Origin: Anaerolineales bacterium
GTDB lineage: Bacteria; Chloroflexota; Anaerolineae; Anaerolineales; UBA4823
Length of the DNA stretch: 64,000 nucleotides
Direction of reading: 5' to 3'
Assembly: GCA_003105035.1 (NCBI GenBank)
Contig: PQAL01000042.1
Coordinates: 39,013-103,012 of the forward strand
Shown here: positions 18,769-27,947 of the stretch, in pieces
Layout: each line of letters opens with the position of its first letter
How positions within the stretch are numbered: the stretch's first letter is position 1
Translations under genes and position numbers: made by a program
The notes under the pieces: model-generated
Databases searched by the model: none
What the model saw: the letters and a program-made list of their open reading frames with translations, nothing else
What the model was told of the DNA's origin: nothing

Positions 18769-21119
18769 TCCTTCACGATTCCGGCATCCAGCATGGCCAG
18801 ATAGACTTTTTCGGCAGTGAAGGGTGGGCCATCAAATCTAATGCCGATGGCATCGTAGATGGCGTTGGCGATGGCCGGCACGGTTGGCACCATCGAGTGT
18901 TCGCCGATGCCGCGCGCCCCCCACGGCCCATCCGCCTGGGGCACCTCGACGATGATGGATTGCATTTTCAGTGGGGCATCGGCGGTCGTGGCAATCCGGT
19001 AATCCACAAAACTGGCATTTTGCACCACGCCGCCTTTTAATTGCAGCTGTTCGAATAATGCCGAGCTGATCCCCTGCACCAGCCCGCCCTCCATCTGCGC
19101 TTTCACCATCTCGGGGTTGATCGCCTTGCCGACGTCAAAGGCTGCCACACCCTTGAGGATCTCGATCTTCCCGCTATCCAGGTCCACTTCGAGCTCGATC
19201 GCCTGGGCACCAGTGGTGAAGTGCACCACAGCTTGCTCGCCCTGCCCGGTTTCGGGGTCCAGGCCAGTGACATACGTAGGCATGAAGCTGCCCCGTCCGA
19301 TGATCGGACCCCCCAGCCAGCCCGAGCCGTCCGGTTTGGGCAGACCGTATACAACGAGCTTTTTCAGTGAGATTTCTTTTTCGGTCTTGAACGAGACCAC
19401 GCTTCCGTCGATGATATCCAGGTCATCGATATTTTCTTCCCAAGCGTTGGCCACCAGTTCCAGCACCTGTGTTCGAGCATCGTTCGCCGCATTGATGATC
19501 GCATTGCCGGTGCTCCAGGTGATGCGGCTGGCAACGGTCTGCCATTCGTAGGGGCTGTAGCGCGTGTCAACCGGGGTTGCCAGCCTGACGCTTTCGAAGG
19601 GCACCCCGAAGGCCGCGGCTGCCATTTGGGCCGCCACGGTGAAGGCGCCCTGCCCAATATCCTGGCAGCCGATCCCCAGCGTGATCATCCCGTCCTCCGA
19701 TAACTCGATCCAGGCGCTTGATCCGGCATTGGGGGGCATGGCAGGTGCCTTCCACATCAAGGCCAGGCCTTTACCGCGGCGCTTGTTCGGGCTGCTGGGT
19801 GGGGCTACCTTCCCCCACCCGATCGCCTGGGCCGCTTTCTCAAGGCACTCCGCCAGGCCAGTTGGGTGCATTTTCCCGCCTGTCGCTAATATGCTGTGCT
19901 CCGTCAGGCAGTTCCTGCGCCGCAGCTCGACCGGATCCATCCTGATCTGGTACGCCAGGTCATCGATGCACTGCTCCAACCCGGCGTGCATCTCGGGCAT
20001 GCCGAAGCCGCGCATCGGGCCGCCCACCGGGTGGTTGGTGTACACACAGTAGCTGTCGGTTTTCACATTAGGCACTTCGTACGGCCCGGTGCAGCTGTAA
20101 CCCGCCGCACGCGTGATATTCACCCCATATTCGGTATAGGCACCGCCGTCCCAATAGAAGGTGTTCTCCATGGCGAGGATCTTACCGCTCGCATCGCAGC
20201 CGATCTTGAAATAAGAGATCAGGCCCTGGCGTACGAAGGCGGTATAGAACTCCTCCTCACGCGTCAGGAGTAGCTTCACCGGGTGGCCCCTCACCTTGGT
20301 GGCGATGGCCACTGCCAGCGATTCCATGCTCACGCCGGCCTTACCACCGAAACCACCTCCCACCACCGGAGCCACCACCCGCATGCTGCTCTGGTTGATC
20401 CCCAATGTTTGGGCGATCAGGTCGCGCTGGGCGAAGGGTGACTGCGAGCTGTCCCACAGGGTCACCTCACCCGAGGCATCCACTTTTGCGATGGCCACAT
20501 GCGGCTCGAGCGGTACGTGCTGAATGTGCGGGATGCGGTATTTGCGCTCGATGATGGCCGCACACTGCCCCCATGCTTCGGTCATGTTTCCTTTGCGGAT
20601 CTTGAAATGGTTTGAGATGTTCGTGCCCGCTACCGGCATGATGAAATTCGCCACCACATATTGACCGAGCTCCGGGTGGATAATCGGGGCGGTTGGGCTG
20701 GCCCCAAATTCGGGGTCCAGCACTGGCGGCAGCACTTCATATTCCACCTCGATGAGGTCCAGGGCTGCCTCGGCGATCTCAACCCGCGTTGCCGCTACGC
20801 CGGCAACGGGGTCACCCACGTAGCGCACGCGGTCGCGGCAGAAGATGTAGCGGTCCTGCAGGTACAGGCCGATGTGACCAGGAAAATCCTCCCCGGTAAC
20901 GACGGCTTTCACGCCTGGCAGGGCGCGTGCTTTCTCAATATTGATCCGCTTGATCAGGGCGTGTGGGTGGGGGCTGCGTTTGACGCGGGCGTGGAGCAGG
21001 GCGTTGCCAAACTGGATATCATCTGCATAGAGTGCCGCGCCGGTCACCTTATCCGGTGCATCGACCCGTTTTGTGCTTTCACCGATTGGATGGGTATGTT
21101 CGCTGTTGCCCTTTGCCAT
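18765..21119 (-). CDS. xanthine dehydrogenase-family molybdopterin-binding large subunit
   Basis: 784 aa. RVDAPDKVTGAALYADD N-terminus, VVGGGFGGK motif, and aldehyde oxidase/XDH a/b hammerhead plus Mo-binding architecture. Confidence 0.9.
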   Translation of the reverse strand: MAKGNSEHTHPIGESTKRVDAPDKVTGAALYADDIQFGNALLHARVKRSPHPHALIKRINIEKARALPGVKAVVTGEDFPGHIGLYLQDRYIFCRDRVRYVGDPVAGVAATRVEIAEAALDLIEVEYEVLPPVLDPEFGASPTAPIIHPELGQYVVANFIMPVAGTNISNHFKIRKGNMTEAWGQCAAIIERKYRIPHIQHVPLEPHVAIAKVDASGEVTLWDSSQSPFAQRDLIAQTLGINQSSMRVVAPVVGGGFGGKAGVSMESLAVAIATKVRGHPVKLLLTREEEFYTAFVRQGLISYFKIGCDASGKILAMENTFYWDGGAYTEYGVNITRAAGYSCTGPYEVPNVKTDSYCVYTNHPVGGPMRGFGMPEMHAGLEQCIDDLAYQIRMDPVELRRRNCLTEHSILATGGKMHPTGLAECLEKAAQAIGWGKVAPPSSPNKRRGKGLALMWKAPAMPPNAGSSAWIELSEDGMITLGIGCQDIGQGAFTVAAQMAAAAFGVPFESVRLATPVDTRYSPYEWQTVASRITWSTGNAIINAANDARTQVLELVANAWEENIDDLDIIDGSVVSFKTEKEISLKKLVVYGLPKPDGSGWLGGPIIGRGSFMPTYVTGLDPETGQGEQAVVHFTTGAQAIELEVDLDSGKIEILKGVAAFDVGKAINPEMVKAQMEGGLVQGISSALFEQLQLKGGVVQNASFVDYRIATTADAPLKMQSIIVEVPQADGPWGARGIGEHSMVPTVPAIANAIYDAIGIRFDGPPFTAEKVYLAMLDAGIVKE

Positions 21120-21144
21120 AGGTTGCTTCCTTCATGAACGCAGA

Positions 21145-21636
21145 TCAAGCGGTAGTAAACGCCAATGCCGCCTGCTTTTTAGCAGCTACCTTCACGGATT
21201 CGATGATCCTCTCGTAGCCAGTGCAGCGGCATAAATTCCCGACCAGTGCTTCACGAATCTCAGCTTCATCCGGGTCAGGGTTGCGCCTAAGCAGTGCTAC
21301 GGCGGAGATCAGTACGCCGGGTGTACAGAACCCACACTGCACGCCGCCCGCCTCGATCAAGGCTGCTTGGATGGGTGCCAGGTGACCATCCTGTGCCAAC
21401 CCCTCCACGGTCAGCAGCGTCGCGCCGTCACATTCCACTGCCAGCACCATGCAGCTGTTGATAGGTTCCCCGTTCATCAGCACCGTGCAAGCCCCGCACT
21501 CGCCTGCTGAGCAGCCATTCTTCGTGCCCGTGAGTGCCAGGGTCTCACGCAGCATGCGCATCAGGGTCATGTTGGACGGAACGATGACATCTTCCTGGCT
21601 GCCGTTGACGGTTAAGCTTATCTTGTGATAATTCAT
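21145..21636 (-). CDS. [2Fe-2S]-binding small subunit of the Mo-hydroxylase
   Basis: 163 aa. CSAGECGACTV, CGFCTPG and CRCTGY cysteine clusters. Confidence 0.9.
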   Translation of the reverse strand: MNYHKISLTVNGSQEDVIVPSNMTLMRMLRETLALTGTKNGCSAGECGACTVLMNGEPINSCMVLAVECDGATLLTVEGLAQDGHLAPIQAALIEAGGVQCGFCTPGVLISAVALLRRNPDPDEAEIREALVGNLCRCTGYERIIESVKVAAKKQAALAFTTA

Positions 21637-21659
21637 CTGATCCTCTACTCGCCGTGGGC

Positions 21660-22565
21660 TTACAGTGCTGGTTTGCCGAGCTTTTCTAATACTTCGTGCA
21701 ACGCTCTGATGGTCAAATTTTTGACCATCCCTTTGCGATAGCGGGCGCTGCTGCGTATATCGTCAATCGGTGCGCATGCCTCAGCTGCCATTGCAGCGGC
21801 TTCCAGCACCGATGTGCTCGTGATGGTTCGCTCAGCCAGGTAGTTTTCAACGTTTAATAACAGGAGAGGTGTTGGGGCGACGGAGGAGAGGGCTACCCGT
21901 ATGCGCATGCTCGAAGGGAGCTCAACCTCCGGCCAGCCCAGCACGGTCACAGCGACGATGGCCAGGTCGCTGAGCTTGTTACGCCCCAGCTTGAGATACC
22001 TGCCCACCGCTCCCTTTTTGGGCGGCGGCAGGTGGATTGCCGTAACCAGGTCTCCATGGGCAAGGGAGGTCTTGCCCGGCCCCAGGAAGAATGAGCTGAG
22101 GGCTTCAAAGCGTTTGCCATGGAGGCCGTAGATCTGCAGCCTGGCATCCAAAGCCAGGCAGGCTCCGAGCGTGTCTCCCGCCGGGGAAGCATTACAGATA
22201 TTGCCTGCCACGGTCGCCCGGTTGCGCAGCTGGTAGCTCGCTACCGATTGGCAGGCCTCCGCCAGGAGTGGGTAGTGCTTCTGCACTGCCGGGGAGGCGA
22301 TCAGCTGGTTCATTGTCACTGCTGACCCGATCGTCAGGCCTTGCGCAGGATTGAAGGCCAGTTCTCGCATCCCGGGCAGGTTCTTTACATCTACGAGGAA
22401 CCTGGGCTTCAGGAAACCGTCCCGCATACGCACGAGCACATCCGTACCCCCCAGGAAGGGTCGGGCCTGCTCGGCATGCTGGGCTAAAAACTGGCTGGCT
22501 TCCAGCAGGGTGGTTGGGCTGATGTAATCAAATTCGGGCAGCGTTGGGTGAGAATCGAGGCTCAT
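21660..22565 (-). CDS. FAD-binding medium subunit (CoxM/XdhB-like) of the Mo-hydroxylase
   Basis: FLGGTDVLVRMR and ATVAGNICNASPAGD FAD-binding motifs. Start set at ATG 22565 (MSLDSH), preceded by AAGGATGG. The track ORF runs to 22607. Confidence 0.85.
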   Translation of the reverse strand: MSLDSHPTLPEFDYISPTTLLEASQFLAQHAEQARPFLGGTDVLVRMRDGFLKPRFLVDVKNLPGMRELAFNPAQGLTIGSAVTMNQLIASPAVQKHYPLLAEACQSVASYQLRNRATVAGNICNASPAGDTLGACLALDARLQIYGLHGKRFEALSSFFLGPGKTSLAHGDLVTAIHLPPPKKGAVGRYLKLGRNKLSDLAIVAVTVLGWPEVELPSSMRIRVALSSVAPTPLLLLNVENYLAERTITSTSVLEAAAMAAEACAPIDDIRSSARYRKGMVKNLTIRALHEVLEKLGKPAL

Positions 22566-22823
22566 GATCGTACCATCCTTACCGTGATCAGTGAATTCTC
22601 CACACAATAGAATGGCGGTTCAACGATATGTGCTATTTATATCAGACTGGATAACTGTTTATCTTTATTCTACTTTACTTTTCCAGCTTGTTGATGACCA
22701 GATGGGCAAATCGCTTCTGGCTGGTCAAAAAAGGTTGCACATCAGCCAGCCTGAAGATTTCTAAGGATCATCAATAGAATTCACTCTGATCCTGGAATTT
22801 TCGGTTCTATTTCCCCCATAGAT

Positions 22824-22875
22824 GTCATCCTGCCTGACTATCTATGTTGTACCTGAGATAGTTCAGGCAGGATGA
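22824..22875 (-). terminator. long hairpin immediately 3' of the membrane-protein gene
   Basis: The arms gtcatcctgcctgactatct and agatagttcaggcaggatga pair over about 19 bp with one bulge, around a 12-nt loop. It lies 10 nt after the stop at 22886. There is no clear U-tract, so terminator function is uncertain. Confidence 0.35.
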
Positions 22876-22885
22876 GGGGGTTGGT

Positions 22886-23881
22886 CTACGGTTCCACGGG
22901 TCGTCTTCCCCGCGGCTTCAGCAATCCTGCCAGGATAAGCGCTGCACCGCTGATCGTCAGGATCAATGCTGGTATAAATTCGTCAAATCGACGACTGAGG
23001 ATCGAAGTTACCAGGGCGATGATCAAAAAGCCTACGGCTGGATAGATGGCCCAGCCGGTAGGGCGGCTGGATCGCAGCATCCATAAGATACCAAAAGTGA
23101 TGGCGATCCCCAGCATAAGGATGCTGGAGTAGCTACCGAATGAGAGTCCGCCGATCATGAAGAAGGTATCGGGGGGGAGTAATGAGACCGCTATCGCCAC
23201 AACTCCAATGCTCGCGAAACAGCCAGCCGGGATCAACGCCCACCAAGCCTTGGGTGACATAAAGAATGTCACCAAGAATGGTATGGTGAACAGAAACATC
23301 ACGATGGAGCCCTGGATCTCGCCTGCCTGTAAATACTCGATCAGAGGCAGTGTACCGATAATCGCCAGTACTGAACCCGTGATGAGTGCCCATTTCCGTG
23401 TGCGGTTGATTCCGAAGACCACCAGGAATGGTAAAGCAATCCCGTAAAGGAATATGCTCCCGATCACATTCTCATCGATGAGCTCGGATAAGGTGGGGAT
23501 GAAGCAAACCACCGTCAGGATCCAGGCAGGGATGAGTAATCCCCAATGACGGCGGTCAACCAGGTAACCCACATAGAATGGAATTGCAATGCTTGCTAAA
23601 ACTACAGATGCGATATAGGGGCTGGCCCCTGGGATAAGGTTAAGCACAAATACCAACGCCAGGGCTGCGCAGGTCAAGGCGGGGAATAGCCAACCCCAGC
23701 GCCTGATTCCGCTAACAAAATAACTGACGAAAAATGCCAGGCTGAAGCCAGCAAAGATGGCTGACCACATCTGGTCGGACATAACATCCAGGTCAATCGA
23801 TTCCAGCTTGGCTGCCAGTACCAGGCCGCCCATGCAGATCAGGATGATTCCCCAGAATACTTTGATGATTGTTTCTTTCAT
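22886..23881 (-). CDS. polytopic membrane protein built from about five internal repeats
   Basis: Start at ATG 23881 (MKETIIK), preceded by GGGAGA. There are roughly ten hydrophobic helices. The basic-W-x-L-[IF]-P-A motif recurs as RRWGWLFPAL, RRHWGLLIPAW, RTRKWALITGS, SPKAWWALIPAG and RPTGWAIYPAV. Confidence 0.6.
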   Translation of the reverse strand: MKETIIKVFWGIILICMGGLVLAAKLESIDLDVMSDQMWSAIFAGFSLAFFVSYFVSGIRRWGWLFPALTCAALALVFVLNLIPGASPYIASVVLASIAIPFYVGYLVDRRHWGLLIPAWILTVVCFIPTLSELIDENVIGSIFLYGIALPFLVVFGINRTRKWALITGSVLAIIGTLPLIEYLQAGEIQGSIVMFLFTIPFLVTFFMSPKAWWALIPAGCFASIGVVAIAVSLLPPDTFFMIGGLSFGSYSSILMLGIAITFGILWMLRSSRPTGWAIYPAVGFLIIALVTSILSRRFDEFIPALILTISGAALILAGLLKPRGRRPVEP

Positions 23882-24764
23882 GTTCCTATCTCCCTTATAA
23901 ATAAAGAAATTTTCTGATGTGAAGTGTGCTCTAAATAGCTGCTGACGGTGAATAAATCCGCATTGTCGTACCACAAGGGCTTATTGACGAGTGCGCGCGG
24001 CTGCCAATGATTTATAGTAATTTCATTTATCTTTTTGTATGACATCATCCCTCCTATCCACCACCATTCAAGGTCTTGCAGCCTTATGGAATATCGGAAT
24101 GAATTCTGCGATCTTCCACCAGCCCGATCCTTAGTATGTTGGTATGTCTTTAGGTTTTTTAACATTACCCCTCTTTAGTTTTGGGTCAGCTCTTTTACGA
24201 CAGTCCCATAATAAAACAACCTGCCAAAAAAAACATGCCCTGAATTGGGTATTAAAAGGGGATTTCTTCGGTCAGCTACTCAGCGCCGCGGCTGCCTCCA
24301 CATGGTGTATTTGCAATTGTCTGATGAGCTATAATATCCAGAAAGGCGCAAAATAATAGCGACTATCACTAGCAATGGTTTCCAGAAAACACTGGCAGTT
24401 TTCACCGCTGCCATTCCAGTGCTAGGCCGAAAGTCAAGGCTACAAAATGGAATATCTCAATCTCAGGCTGCGATGGTCGATGTTTATGTGGCTCACAATG
24501 GGTCGGATTATGTGTCGACCCGGTGACGCTGGACTATTGGATGTGCAAGCATGTGATGTACCCGTGCGCTCCCAGCCAGACTTTTATGAACCCGGATAAT
24601 AATAACAACCTGCGTAAGTCATTGCTGGGTTGCCAATCGAAAGGCGTGGGAACCATAACGGAAGCGGAGATTAAACTCCACTATTTCGACCTGATAGCAG
24701 ACCATCGGATATTCTTGCCGAATACCACCAAATCCCGCTAACAGATGCAGATTGTCATAATGGG

Positions 24765-25460
24765 GTGACCTATAAAAAGCTTGTAACTCTCTATATCCTC
24801 GGTCAGCTCCTGAGCATCGTCGTAGCGGGGGTGGCCATGTTCTGGCCCGCCGGGCGGATTGACTGGTGGGCTGCCTGGGCAGTCATCCTCGTCTGGCTGG
24901 TGTGGTTCACCGCAGTGGATATCGTCATCCTGCGATCCAACCCCGACCTGCTTCTTGAACGACTGGCACCTCCCAAGCAGGCCAAAAACTGGGATAGGAC
25001 CCTGCTAAGTATCATCCGCCTGCTGGAGCTGGCACGTTACATCCTGGCCGGGTTCGACTTGCGTACCGGCTGGACGCAAGGCTTTCATCCAGCTGCTCAA
25101 ATTGTTGCGTTCGTGGTGTGCCTCTTATGTACTGCCCTGTATGTGTGAGCCATGGCCTCCAACACCTTTTTCTCCCAGGTTGTGCGCATCCAAGCAGACC
25201 GCGGCCACACGGTCGCAACGGGTGGGCCATATAAGGTTGTGCGCCATCCATCTTACCTGGGAATGGTCTTCTTTGAGTTGGCCTTATCCACCTTACTTGC
25301 TTCCTGGCCGGCGATCATCATTGGTGGAATATGTGCTATTTTGTTCATCCTGCGCACCGCCCTTGAAGACCGAACTTTGCAGGCAGAGCTGCCGGGATAT
25401 CCAGCATATGCCCAGCGCGTGCGCTATCGTCTTGTACCCGGGATATGGCGAACACGATGA
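24765..25460 (+). pseudogene. ICMT/PEMT-family membrane methyltransferase interrupted by an in-frame TGA
   Basis: ORFs 24765-25148 and 25152-25460 share one frame and are separated only by TGA at 25146-25148. The second half carries GPYKVVRHPSYLGMV and ALEDRTLQAELPGY family motifs. Confidence 0.6.
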
Positions 25461-25993
25461 AAAAAGGATTCCTCAAGCAAGCCCGCCGTGAGTATAACCC
25501 TAACCAGCGCCTGATTTTCCTCATCTGCCTGGCCCCTATTTTCCTATTCATTTTGCCCTTTCTGCAGGTCAGGCTGGGCGCAAAACTCGACCAATGGCTG
25601 GGATTGCCAAGTGTTTTGAGTTATCCATACAATCTGATCATCGGCTGGCTGATGATCTTCTCAGGGTGGTTGTTTGCCATCTGGGCGAATTACAGCCAGT
25701 ATACCATCGGGAGGGGCACACCCGTCCCGCTCATGGCCACCCAGCAGCTGATCGTCCAACCTCCTTACAATTACTGCCGCAATCCCATGGCCTTGGGGTC
25801 ATTTGTGCTCTACCTGGGGGTAGGTTTGCTTTTTCACTCCCTCGGCGCGGTGCTACTTGTGGTGGTATTCGCAGTCAGTCTCATAACTTATATAAAGCGC
25901 GTGGAAGAGAAGGAAATGGAAATCCGGTTTGGACAGGACTACCTGGCTTACAAGCAGCGCACCCCGTTTCTCATCCCCCGATTTTGGCGCTGA
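25457..25993 (+). CDS. ICMT/PEMT-family membrane methyltransferase (intact paralog)
   Basis: GRGTPVPLMATQQLIVQPPYNYCRNPMALG and EEKEMEIRFGQDYLAYKQRTP motifs. ATG 25457 overlaps the upstream TGA (ATGA). An alternative ATG lies at 25445. Confidence 0.75.
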   Translation: MKKGFLKQARREYNPNQRLIFLICLAPIFLFILPFLQVRLGAKLDQWLGLPSVLSYPYNLIIGWLMIFSGWLFAIWANYSQYTIGRGTPVPLMATQQLIVQPPYNYCRNPMALGSFVLYLGVGLLFHSLGAVLLVVVFAVSLITYIKRVEEKEMEIRFGQDYLAYKQRTPFLIPRFWR

Positions 25994-26154
25994 CCTTTCA
26001 GTTTATATAGCCGCCTTCTAGCCGGCTGATCAACCCAACTTGAAGTGCACCAAACAATACCCTGGATATTAATTAGTAGTTTTTACTATCATTTTGTATA
26101 ATGAGTTAAGCAGGGTGGATATAACGTATCTGCGTTTGAGCGAGAGGAGAATGA

Positions 26155-27780
26155 ATGAGAAAAACCCTAATATTGATTCTCCTGGTTAGCCTGATCCTGG
26201 CGGCTTGCTCAGCTAACCAACCCTCACCGTTACCCTCCAACCAGCCACAGGAGCCAGCCGCCAGCAGCCCGGTCGTGATGGCCAGCCCTACCAGCTTGCC
26301 TGCTACACCGACCATTGCACTTCCAACATCAACGAACACGCTCACGCCCGCCACAGCCACGCCGATACCCTCTCCAACCCAGCCGCTACCTCAAGGTATG
26401 CCTCTGATTGCATACGAACACCGTGTCGCCTCTGAACAACGCCTGGTCTTTCTAAATCCATCCGATGGCACCTCGAAGGAATTCAGATTCCCAACCGGAG
26501 CAATATTCGCCACGCCTTTCCTGGCAGGTCTTTCCCCCGACGCCCGGTACTTTGTATATTACGAAGGCGCCAGGCTTGAGATGTATGATCAGCTGGTTGC
26601 CGAGCCGTCCAATTTTGTAATGCGCGTCCTGGACCTGGAAAGTCAGAAGGTCATCTTTTCGACGCTGCTTCTCAGCCCGGATTTTCCCCAAAACCTGAAA
26701 CCGATCGTCGAAATGACGACGGAAGAGTATTGGATGGATGAGCCTGACCGCCAGGCTATGTTGGATAATATGTATTACACCATGCAGCGAACAATGCTGG
26801 GGAAAATTCGCAGCGTAGCCTGGTCGCCAGATGGCAGCCTGCTGGCATATGCATCGCAAGACCCGGGTCCCACCTCGGATATGTATTATTACGACCCGGC
26901 ACAGGGTAATTCATGGCGCGCATCTTCCGAACCGCGCCACGTGTTTAACCTCACCTGGGCGCCTGATTCCGCCGCGATCGTCCTTGAAACCACCCTGTAC
27001 CAGACCCAGGGGACGCACATTACCACCGATGTGCTGGACCGCCTGGGGACAATAATCCGGACGGTTGAAGACATCGGCTACTTCAGGGAGTGGTTCGCTC
27101 CAGACATGATGTTATTCAGTCGCTTTACCGATTCGGGTGATTCTTATTTCGAGCTGGTTCTGGTATCAGCCAGTACTGGCGAGCAAACCATGCTCTGGGA
27201 AGGTTCTTTCGCTGATCTTGCGATCGCACCGGACCTATCCAGCTACATGCTCACCAGCTCCCAACCCAGCAGCGGACAACCCCCCGGGCTCTACTTGGTG
27301 CTGACCGGCACTGAGGCTCCCCTGCATCTTTCTGAGTCAGTTGGCTGGAACGTGTCGTACGTGGGTGCGGAGCCCTTTAGTTATGTTGGCGGTGCACCCA
27401 GCACAGGCATCTTTGGCGACCCTCAAACAGGCGGCTCTTACAGTGTCTCGCTGATCGGTGAGTTAACCTTGTTCGACGAAGGCAATCATTATTTTCTGGC
27501 CTCCCCGGATGCCAGGTTTCTGGCTGCCTACGGACCTTATGAAAAAATTGCTGGTCTGCGCATGTTCACGGGCGATGGGAAACCCCTGGTAACCTTGAGC
27601 AACTCTGTGATTCGCTGCCTTAACTGGGATCCAGCTTCCAGCGTCCTGGCATACCAGGATGGGAAGAGCCTGTACCTCTGGCAGGTGGGAGAGTCATCCG
27701 CGCGCCAGGTAGCTAGCCAGCTCGAAACGAAACTGGAGTACGGCGAGTGCGGTTTTACCTGGGTTGGCATTCATCCCTGA
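26155..27780 (+). CDS. lipoprotein with Pro/Thr-rich linker and TolB/WD40-like beta-propeller region
   Basis: Signal peptide with lipobox LILAAC, then about 70 aa of P/T/S-rich linker, then SVAWSPDGSLLAYAS-type propeller blades. GAGAGGAGA RBS. Confidence 0.55.
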   Translation: MRKTLILILLVSLILAACSANQPSPLPSNQPQEPAASSPVVMASPTSLPATPTIALPTSTNTLTPATATPIPSPTQPLPQGMPLIAYEHRVASEQRLVFLNPSDGTSKEFRFPTGAIFATPFLAGLSPDARYFVYYEGARLEMYDQLVAEPSNFVMRVLDLESQKVIFSTLLLSPDFPQNLKPIVEMTTEEYWMDEPDRQAMLDNMYYTMQRTMLGKIRSVAWSPDGSLLAYASQDPGPTSDMYYYDPAQGNSWRASSEPRHVFNLTWAPDSAAIVLETTLYQTQGTHITTDVLDRLGTIIRTVEDIGYFREWFAPDMMLFSRFTDSGDSYFELVLVSASTGEQTMLWEGSFADLAIAPDLSSYMLTSSQPSSGQPPGLYLVLTGTEAPLHLSESVGWNVSYVGAEPFSYVGGAPSTGIFGDPQTGGSYSVSLIGELTLFDEGNHYFLASPDARFLAAYGPYEKIAGLRMFTGDGKPLVTLSNSVIRCLNWDPASSVLAYQDGKSLYLWQVGESSARQVASQLETKLEYGECGFTWVGIHP

Positions 27781-27947
27781 GCGTAACCCCATAGTTACCT
27801 CGTCGGAAATTTTTTTCTCGCAAGACATGATTGATACCCTGCTCATTAAGATTTTTTCCACCCAACAGGATTCAATATTGCCTGGATAAAAATGAGAATA
27901 AATCAATTTCTATCGCGGAGCTAACAGTCTTGGTAAGGTAAGGAGAA

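Noticed and set aside
19117-20273. Several 60-160-aa ORFs on both strands within the Mo-hydroxylase large subunit
   Set aside because: All lie inside a continuous 784-aa frame with hallmark XDH-family motifs. None has start-site signals.
24144-24741. ORFs of 70-72 aa in the 880-bp AT-rich spacer before the ICMT genes
   Set aside because: They have no RBS. Their composition is odd (Cys/Asn/Lys-rich). The region looks like a non-coding promoter or spacer.
25146-25148. Selenocysteine or recoded TGA in the ICMT-family gene
   Set aside because: I noticed no SECIS-like hairpin immediately downstream. The family is not a known selenoprotein. A Trp is expected at this position. Other genes here terminate at TGA.
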